The notes under the pieces were generated by a model that worked only from the letters and a program-made list of their open reading frames with translations, searched no databases and was not told the origin of the DNA. From assembly GCA_964602665.1 (NCBI GenBank), contig CAZRRH010000002.1, positions 62,171 to 126,170 on the forward strand: a stretch of 64,000 nucleotides of DNA, in the 5' to 3' direction. This document shows positions 57,150 through 64,000 of the stretch, piece by piece. Position 1 is the first letter of the stretch. Each line of letters starts with the position of its first letter. Source of the DNA: an uncultured Candidatus Saccharibacteria bacterium (GTDB taxonomy: Bacteria; Patescibacteriota; Dojkabacteria; SC72; WJKH01). Both the position numbers and the translations under genes were made by a program.

Positions 57150-58240
57150 TGAAAAAAAAGATTGCTGTTTGTATAACATATTACGAGCCGGGCGGACAAT
57201 CGGTAGTAGTGGAAGAAACGACTAAAAGATTTGCTAAATTTTATGATATTGATTTATACTGCGTTGGTGCGTCAAAACCTAAGCCTGCGTGGATAGACAA
57301 TTTATACCTAGTTAAGCCGTGGGTACATAAGTATATTCCAATAATCAATAAGCAGTTTATAAATGATATAAAATCTCGTAATTATGCGCTTATACATTGT
57401 CACGATTCGCTTCCCTTCTTAAACGCATTCTACAAAAACGGTATAAAATATATGGTAACTTGTCTTGGTAACACAGATTGGCAGTATAGAGATGGATTAG
57501 TATCAAAAATAGATGGTATTGCGAGTTTACTATTTTATGGTAGAGGATACAAAGAAGCTGTTAAAGTTATATCTATAAGCAAATACTTGCAAGAATGGCT
57601 TAAAAAGACTTATAAAGTTGAATCACAAGTAATAGATCTTGGTGCCAATACAGACAGATTTCACCCTACGCAAAAAGCAAATTGGAGAGACAAAAGATTT
57701 ATTTACTTTGGACAAATATCTTATCGCAAAGGCATTTTAGATCTTATTGAAATGTCTAGATTAATAAAAGATAAACATCCAGATTTTGTGCTTGAAATAT
57801 ATGGATTTGGCAAAGAAGAGTTTATGGAGAAAGTCCGAAATTTAATAAAAAAGCACAAACTAGAAAAAAATGTAAATTTAATCGGCTTTATAAAAGATGA
57901 GGAGCAAAATAGTAAGTATAACAGTGCTTTAGGTGTTATATCAGCTTCTTATTGGGAAGGATTTGGGTTGCCAATAATCGAGGCGTATAGATGTAACAGG
58001 CCAATCTTTGTTAGAAACAGAACCGCCATGAAAGATCTTGTAATTGATGAGAGATTTCGATTTGATGATGTTGATCAGCTTGTTGGGAAACTAGATTATT
58101 TTCTTTCAAATGAGAAAGAGTTTAGAGATATTGATTGGACAACTAAGCTTGATAGTGAAAAGTTCAGTTGGGATTTTAACTCTAAAAGATATTTGGATAT
58201 TATCGAGGAGATTATTGCCAATACGATGGTAATAGAGTGA
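57149..58240 (+). CDS. GT4 glycosyltransferase; module B gene 3, with a 999-bp core identical to 43567..44658
   Basis: Residues Y12-N344 are identical to the module A copy. Only the first 11 aa and the last about 19 aa differ. Confidence 0.7.
   Translation: MKKKIAVCITYYEPGGQSVVVEETTKRFAKFYDIDLYCVGASKPKPAWIDNLYLVKPWVHKYIPIINKQFINDIKSRNYALIHCHDSLPFLNAFYKNGIKYMVTCLGNTDWQYRDGLVSKIDGIASLLFYGRGYKEAVKVISISKYLQEWLKKTYKVESQVIDLGANTDRFHPTQKANWRDKRFIYFGQISYRKGILDLIEMSRLIKDKHPDFVLEIYGFGKEEFMEKVRNLIKKHKLEKNVNLIGFIKDEEQNSKYNSALGVISASYWEGFGLPIIEAYRCNRPIFVRNRTAMKDLVIDERFRFDDVDQLVGKLDYFLSNEKEFRDIDWTTKLDSEKFSWDFNSKRYLDIIEEIIANTMVIE
57182..58180 (+). repeat. 999-bp exact dispersed repeat, copy B
   Basis: See copy A. 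The offset between copies is 13,579 bp. Confidence 0.8.
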
Positions 58241-58358
58241 TGTCCACGGCAAGTAGATTATGCTAACAAGAGTTATTAATTAAATTTGACCGCAAAAAAT
58301 CCATTTAGTAAAGAGTTTTTAGGCGTGAGCATATTCTAAATTATCGGTAAAGTAAATC

Positions 58359-59687
58359 TTAGGCCGATTTCGCAATTGCTTTTCTGCTTTGTACGAGAAT
58401 AAAAAGGACATTAGTTACAATGAAGATTGCTGCTAAAACAGCTGTGGCATACGCGATATGAAATAGTGAGCCTGAGAAAACATACAAAACAATAATGAAC
58501 GATGTCGCGTATATGAAAATGAGTGTTCGTTCAACTTTATTATCAGGGACTGTTTTTAGCATATATATAAATAGGTAGTATACAAAAGTATTAAGAAACC
58601 AAGCTAGGCCAAACCAGAGAGAATAGCCGGATAAAAAATACTCTTCATATCCTACAAATGATAATATGGCTCCCGGTGCTAACCATTCTGCTATAAAAAC
58701 AGCTCCGTATGAAAGAGAAATAAGCGCTAAAGATACACCTAAAATTTGTACTAAATATTTGCTTATATGCTTTTTACCCTCTGCCATAAGGTCTTTACCT
58801 GTCAATACAACAACAAGACTTGTGCTTATAAAAAGTGGAAATTTATAGAGGAAAGCATAAGTTGTATAAATAACATAATTGGTATCTGAAAGTAGTGATT
58901 TTAATACAATGCCATCTAAGCCAAAAAAGACAACTAGACTAAGTTGGATAAGCATATTTACCAGAATTTGAACCGTGTCAATTTTCAGATCTTTTGCTAG
59001 CTGTTTATTTTTGTTAACAAAGAATTTCTTAAGAAGCTCTTTAACGCTAATATTGTCCTCTTTTGCAACAGCTAAAAATGTAATATATGTGTTAATAAGC
59101 GGAGTTACTAAGAAGGCCGTAAAAAGTGGCCACACAGCACCATTGGAGACAAATAGTAATGTAAAAAGTGTCCTAGCAATAGGTGCAGTAAGTGCAAGTA
59201 ATCCTGTTAAAGTAAATTTCTCGCGGATAACGGCGATAGCTTGTGGAAATACAGCAATCATCCCAAGAGAGTTGGATATCAAAAGAAGGACGATTATTAA
59301 ACTTTCATCAACGGCAAGGGGTAAGTTTCTAATTATTATTATCGCACATATAATTATTGATATTATAAGATTTATAATTGAGGTTTTTTTAATAAGTATT
59401 GCGATAGCGTTAAACCGATCTTCTTGTTTAATTGCTGATAATTTTAATAAAATCCAGTTGTAAAGAGAGGAGGTTGCATAACCAAGAAGTCCCATTGTGT
59501 ATATTCCGAAGTTTAGAGTTGCCAAGTTAGTATCTGTTAGTTGCTTTACTTGTTTTTGTATGTAGAAGCCACCAACTTGTAATATGCTGCTAAGCGCAGA
59601 GAAAAAGATGACTTTAAAATATGACGAATAAAAAAATCTTGTTAAAAATGCAACAGGGCTATCTTTTTTTAAATTGTCATCTTTCAT
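58359..59687 (-). CDS. polytopic membrane protein, probable oligosaccharide flippase (Wzx/MOP-family-like)
   Basis: 442 aa with about 12-14 TM helices and no soluble domain, sited within the glycan locus. The family assignment rests on topology only. Confidence 0.4.
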   Translation of the reverse strand: MKDDNLKKDSPVAFLTRFFYSSYFKVIFFSALSSILQVGGFYIQKQVKQLTDTNLATLNFGIYTMGLLGYATSSLYNWILLKLSAIKQEDRFNAIAILIKKTSIINLIISIIICAIIIIRNLPLAVDESLIIVLLLISNSLGMIAVFPQAIAVIREKFTLTGLLALTAPIARTLFTLLFVSNGAVWPLFTAFLVTPLINTYITFLAVAKEDNISVKELLKKFFVNKNKQLAKDLKIDTVQILVNMLIQLSLVVFFGLDGIVLKSLLSDTNYVIYTTYAFLYKFPLFISTSLVVVLTGKDLMAEGKKHISKYLVQILGVSLALISLSYGAVFIAEWLAPGAILSFVGYEEYFLSGYSLWFGLAWFLNTFVYYLFIYMLKTVPDNKVERTLIFIYATSFIIVLYVFSGSLFHIAYATAVLAAIFIVTNVLFILVQSRKAIAKSA

Positions 59688-59767
59688 TAATCTTATATAT
59701 TATTACTAATTTATTTTACAAGAATCAGGTTTGATTATACCATAAAAATATATTATAATCAGCCTTA

Positions 59768-61891
59768 ATGAGAAAGATAGATATAATAATTCCTCTTTTT
59801 AACGGGCAAGATTTTTTTGTTAAGTGTCTTGAGTCAGTTTTAAAATATAATGATCTTGATAAACTCAATATAGTGATTATTGATGATGCAAGCACAGAAG
59901 ATAAACTTCTTGATTTCTTAAAGGAGGTGTCAGATAAAAAGATTCCAAACCTCACAATTTTAAAAAACGATAAAAATTACGGCTTTGTAAAAACTGTAAA
60001 TCGTGGAATGAGTCATAATAAAATTAATGATGTGATTTTGCTAAATACCGATACTGTGGTAACAGAAAATTGGTGGCAAAACATGGCAAAAGCTTGTTAT
60101 TCAAAAGATAATATCGCAACTGTAACGCCCTTGTCAAATAATGCAACTTTGACTTCTGTGCCAATTCCATTTGTTAAAAACGAGCTTTTTGATGGAGTAA
60201 CCGCTGAGGATTATAGCAAAATAGTACAAAGTGTTGGGGAGCCTAAATATTACGAATTACCAACGGCAAACGGTTTTTGTATGTACATATCTAGGCAGGC
60301 ACTTAATGAAATCGGACTTTTTGATTATGATAAATTTGGAGCAGGATATGGAGAAGAAACTGATTTTTGCTTACGAGCAAGAAAACGAGGATATATAAAC
60401 ATCGTTGCTGACAATGTTTATATAGAGCATCTTGGAAGCGCAACTTTTTCAATCAAAAGCAGGGAGCAGAAAGTTAAAAACGCCATTAAAATAATTAAAA
60501 AAGAGTACCCTAAATATTCTCGTGAAATATTTGATTTTGGATATAATAATCCACTAAAACCCCTGTGTGACAAAGTTAAAATATTACAGATGCTATGGAA
60601 ATACCAGCAGAAAAAGAAACTTTTATTATACAAACATTATGAGGCGACTACAGCAGGAACAGGTGTTTATGTTTATGACATAGCTAGAAGTAAATCTAGT
60701 GATTGGCTTTATATTGTTATGTGTCCAACACCGCATGATCAGCATAAAATTGAAATTATGACGGATAATGGAGTTGTGACATTTAATATTTCATCAAATG
60801 AACCCATTGAAAAAATTATTGATATGCTAGGGATTGATTTGTTGCATGTTAACTTTTTGACTGATTATATTAAGAAATCATTAAAAAACATTGAGATACC
60901 CAAAATCATATCTGTGCATGAATACAGCTTTATTTCTCCCGACAATCCTTTTATTGTAATCCCGGGAAAGCATGGTAGAGATCGTTTTGCAAAAAGCCTT
61001 GTTGACTACTTTAAAAAAGTGGATAGGAGCGAGCAGGAAGAAATCGATCAGAAATTAACAGAAATATACTCTCAATTTGATAAAATACTTTTCTTGTCGC
61101 CTTATATGCTTGAGCAAATTAAAACTATTTTTCCCAAAAAAACCAAGATTTTTGATGAAAAAACAATTATTTTACCGCCCAAATTGACACCCTTTAGTAA
61201 GATAAAGAGTAAAGATGGTAAAAAGACTATCGCATATTTAGCCCCTAGTGTTGAACATAAAGGCATAATTGAGTATTTGGAAATTTGTTCTGATCCTCAA
61301 ATAAGACAAAAATACAAATTCTTAGCAATTGGTAGTGTTAAGCATATTCCAAGACCGCTTTTAAAAATGCCCAAATTACTTATTTTCTTTGGATTTAAAG
61401 TAAAAAAAAGTGGTGAATATAAGAAAGAAGAGCTTGGAAAGATATTTGAAGATAATAATGTAGAAATAGTAATTATTCCATCGCTTTTTGCTGAAACATA
61501 CAGTTATACTTTATCTGAAGCTAGTATGCTTGTTGACAAGGTTTTGGTAAATAGCGTAGGAGCACTTGCTTGGCGAGCAAAACATGAAAATATCGCTACA
61601 GAATACAACTGTACTGAAGAAGCAAAGAAGATAATATTGCATAATAGTTTTAAAAAAACTGACAATATAAATACAAAAGAAGGAGAGTTTATAGAGAAGT
61701 ATCATCAAATAACAGATGAATATGTTAAAAACAGTAGAAGTGGTATAATACTTGACATCGAGATAGATTTATCTGACAACACAACTAATAAAAGAGGCGT
61801 AAAAAATCGAATAAGAGAAAGGTTAATTGGTACTTGGGTGATGAAACTAATTAAAGATATCAAATATTACAAAAATGAGTATTTGGGGTAG
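59768..61891 (+). CDS. multidomain glycosyltransferase (N-terminal GT2 plus a C-terminal GT-B-like domain)
   Basis: The GT2 N-terminus is IDIIIPLFNGQ...IIDDASTED...LLNTDTVV. The C-terminal roughly 350 aa have a Rossmann-like glycosyltransferase pattern. Confidence 0.55.
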   Translation: MRKIDIIIPLFNGQDFFVKCLESVLKYNDLDKLNIVIIDDASTEDKLLDFLKEVSDKKIPNLTILKNDKNYGFVKTVNRGMSHNKINDVILLNTDTVVTENWWQNMAKACYSKDNIATVTPLSNNATLTSVPIPFVKNELFDGVTAEDYSKIVQSVGEPKYYELPTANGFCMYISRQALNEIGLFDYDKFGAGYGEETDFCLRARKRGYINIVADNVYIEHLGSATFSIKSREQKVKNAIKIIKKEYPKYSREIFDFGYNNPLKPLCDKVKILQMLWKYQQKKKLLLYKHYEATTAGTGVYVYDIARSKSSDWLYIVMCPTPHDQHKIEIMTDNGVVTFNISSNEPIEKIIDMLGIDLLHVNFLTDYIKKSLKNIEIPKIISVHEYSFISPDNPFIVIPGKHGRDRFAKSLVDYFKKVDRSEQEEIDQKLTEIYSQFDKILFLSPYMLEQIKTIFPKKTKIFDEKTIILPPKLTPFSKIKSKDGKKTIAYLAPSVEHKGIIEYLEICSDPQIRQKYKFLAIGSVKHIPRPLLKMPKLLIFFGFKVKKSGEYKKEELGKIFEDNNVEIVIIPSLFAETYSYTLSEASMLVDKVLVNSVGALAWRAKHENIATEYNCTEEAKKIILHNSFKKTDNINTKEGEFIEKYHQITDEYVKNSRSGIILDIEIDLSDNTTNKRGVKNRIRERLIGTWVMKLIKDIKYYKNEYLG

Positions 61892-63827
61892 TAACGCAAA
61901 TCCTTCCAATACAAGGCTTGCAATTCGAAACTTAATACTTAAGTGCAATTTGTTACATAAGGGCTATAGTAATGCCAAGTATTTTTTCCAAGGTAGTCTA
62001 AAAAAAGATAATTATAATAATTGGATAAAAAATGTTGAGCAGCCGATGTTCGAAAAAGTCTATGAAAACACACTTCCTGAGCATTTTGTTTATCAGCCTA
62101 AAATAAGTATATTATTACCCGTATTTAATGTTCATCCTAAATATCTTAGTCGTGCAATTAAATCTGTGCAAGCTCAAAAAGCACAAAACTGGCAACTTTG
62201 CATTCATGACGATGGAAGTACATTATATAAAGATGAGAACAACTCTTTAATAAAAGAATTCATGAAAAAGGATGCAAGGATTTTTTACAGCGAATCAGCA
62301 AAGAATGAAAACTTATCAGAGTCTACTAATAAAGCATTTTTGTTGTCTACGGGCGATTTTGTAACATTCCTAGATCAAGATGATCAGCTTTCACCGTATG
62401 CAATTTATTTTGTGACCAAGACCTTAAATGAGGATAGAAAAATAAAAATAATTTATTCTGATGAAGATAATATTGCAGACATCAAAGATGAACAGTCACA
62501 AACTATCCGACAGAGTCATTTTTTTAAACCTGACTTTGCGCCTGATACTCTTTTGAGTATGCCTTATACCACGCATTTAACTGCTTATGAAAGCAAGCTT
62601 TTTAAGAAAATGGGAGGCTATAGAATAGGATATGAGGGTGCACAGGATTTTGATATGATACTTAGAGCTAGCGAAGTTGTTTCTTACGAGCAAATTTATC
62701 ATATCCCTCATGTGCTATATCATTGGAGGACGGTTGCTACATCAACAGCAAGCGCTAAGCAAACATACAAAGACAAAAGATATGCAGAAAACAAGTCTGG
62801 AATTGAGAAATCGCAAGAAAAAGCGCTAAAAGATGCTATAATGCGTCGTAAAGAAGGCAAAGATGTAAAAGCAGGCATGGTCAAAAACAGCTGGCAAGTA
62901 ATTTACCCAATCGATCCTAAAAAAGATAAAGTATACATACTTATCCCAACAAAAAACCGAGAGGATTTGCTTAAAATTTGTCTTGATAGCATAAAAGAGA
63001 GAAGTACATACAAAAATTATGAAGTCGTAATAATTGATAATCAATCCAGCACAAAAGAAAGCCTTGATTTCTTAGCAAATATTAAAAAAGAATATGGTAG
63101 AAAATTTAGCGTTATAAAACATGATAAGCCCTTTAACTACTCTGCAATAAATAATTATGCTGTTAATAAGAGCGTAAAAAGCTTAAAAAACGCTCACTTA
63201 CTATTTTTAAACAATGATACACAAGTTATTTCTCCTGACTGGATTGAGCAAATGCTTATGCATAGTAAAAGGGATAGTATTGGTGTTGTTGGGGCGCTAC
63301 TACTTTTTGCGAATGAGACTGTACAACACGCTGGAATTGCAATTGGGACAGGTATTGTTGGAACATATTTAAAAGATGACATAGTTAAATATAGTCGCGA
63401 TGAAAGCGCAATAATTCGCGTTGCATCAGAGTATCACAAGTACTACAATGCAAAAAACTCTGGCTATATGGAGAGATTAAAAATTGTAAATAATGTCTCT
63501 GCAGTCACGGGTGCCTGCATGATGATAAAAGCTTCCCTTTTTAAGAAATTAGGCGGCTTTGACGAGCAGAATTTGCCAATAACTTGCAATGATATGGACT
63601 TGTGCTTAAAGGCTCTTGAAAAAGGTCTTAGAAATATTTATACTCCTTATGCAAAACTTTATCATTACGAGAGTTATACTCGTAAAGAAGAGACATATAT
63701 TGAGAAAATCAGTGATGTCAAACTTGAGGAGATTAACTTTTTTAGAAAAAAATGGTCCAAATATATTGATCACGATCCTTATTATAATAAAAATTTCAGT
63801 AAGGATAATGCTAATTTTGAGATATAA
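61875..63827 (+). CDS. tandem double-GT2-domain glycosyltransferase (polymerising rhamnosyl/glycosyl-transferase-like)
   Basis: The first GT2 domain is ISILLPVFNV...IHDDGS...FLDQDD. The second is VYILIPTKNRED...VIIDNQS...FLNNDT. Confidence 0.65.
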   Translation: MSIWGSNANPSNTRLAIRNLILKCNLLHKGYSNAKYFFQGSLKKDNYNNWIKNVEQPMFEKVYENTLPEHFVYQPKISILLPVFNVHPKYLSRAIKSVQAQKAQNWQLCIHDDGSTLYKDENNSLIKEFMKKDARIFYSESAKNENLSESTNKAFLLSTGDFVTFLDQDDQLSPYAIYFVTKTLNEDRKIKIIYSDEDNIADIKDEQSQTIRQSHFFKPDFAPDTLLSMPYTTHLTAYESKLFKKMGGYRIGYEGAQDFDMILRASEVVSYEQIYHIPHVLYHWRTVATSTASAKQTYKDKRYAENKSGIEKSQEKALKDAIMRRKEGKDVKAGMVKNSWQVIYPIDPKKDKVYILIPTKNREDLLKICLDSIKERSTYKNYEVVIIDNQSSTKESLDFLANIKKEYGRKFSVIKHDKPFNYSAINNYAVNKSVKSLKNAHLLFLNNDTQVISPDWIEQMLMHSKRDSIGVVGALLLFANETVQHAGIAIGTGIVGTYLKDDIVKYSRDESAIIRVASEYHKYYNAKNSGYMERLKIVNNVSAVTGACMMIKASLFKKLGGFDEQNLPITCNDMDLCLKALEKGLRNIYTPYAKLYHYESYTRKEETYIEKISDVKLEEINFFRKKWSKYIDHDPYYNKNFSKDNANFEI

Positions 63828-63845
63828 ATTATAATTAAATAAATT

Positions 63846-64000
63846 ATGAAATATCTAATATTTGCCGGCGGGAGTGGTACAAGATTTTGGCCTCTAAGTA
63901 GGAAAAATGAGCCAAAACAGTTTTTAAAAATATTTAATGGCAAATCAACATTTGAGCTTGCGGTTGAAAGAGCATTTAAAAACTGTAATGCAGATGATAT
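63846..64000 (+). CDS. manC: mannose-1-phosphate guanylyltransferase (ManC/CpsB-like), 3'-truncated by the window edge
   Basis: The N-terminus MKYLIFAGGSGTRFWPLSRKNEPKQFL matches the NTP_transferase signature (AGGSGTRLWPLSR). Confidence 0.55.
   Translation, partial: MKYLIFAGGSGTRFWPLSRKNEPKQFLKIFNGKSTFELAVERAFKNCNADD

Overview
This is an AT-rich, gene-dense bacterial window. Nearly all ORFs are short-spaced or overlapping, and TGA and TAA both act as stop codons (standard code). I see no integrase, transposase, CRISPR array or rRNA.

The gene content is a mix of bacterial housekeeping genes and archaeal-flavoured ones. Housekeeping: FtsW-MurG, ClpC, RF2, FtsE-FtsX-M23 peptidase, iPGM, SecG, an OmpR/HisKA two-component system and five tRNAs. 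Archaeal-flavoured: an archaeal-type ProRS, an archaeal-type CMP kinase with a Zn ribbon, a TrmB-like regulator, a RimK-like ATP-grasp gene beside folate one-carbon genes, and a four-helix-bundle '23S-IVS' protein. I read this as a reduced-genome lineage, possibly of the Candidate Phyla Radiation / Patescibacteria, but that is inference.

The second half (about 27-64 kb) is a large cell-surface glycan locus. It has about 15 glycosyltransferases (GT2, GT4, GT-C), GalE, Gmd, a partial ManC, two methyltransferases, a Wzm/Wzt ABC exporter and a Wzx-like flippase. There are two GtrB/CsbB-like GT2 plus GT-C pairs: two tandem YfhO-like proteins and one ArnT-like protein.

The most unusual observations are:
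- A family of short A/T-rich repeats (consensus about TTCTAGATTTTGAA). It forms tandem arrays between genes, supplies the C-terminal codons and stop of two unrelated genes (both end in LNSK[F/V]), and sits in-frame inside a third CDS. This resembles in-frame miniature repeats such as RPE elements.
- A diverged three-gene glycosyltransferase module present twice. The third gene carries an exactly identical 999-bp tract with sharp boundaries inside the ORFs, which looks like gene conversion.
- A higher-GC, G-depleted patch at 47.6-52.8 kb.
- A tRNA-Leu(CAG) with a variable arm of about 44 nt.
- A 22-bp direct repeat of the tRNA-Gly 3' end, which resembles an att-site scar.
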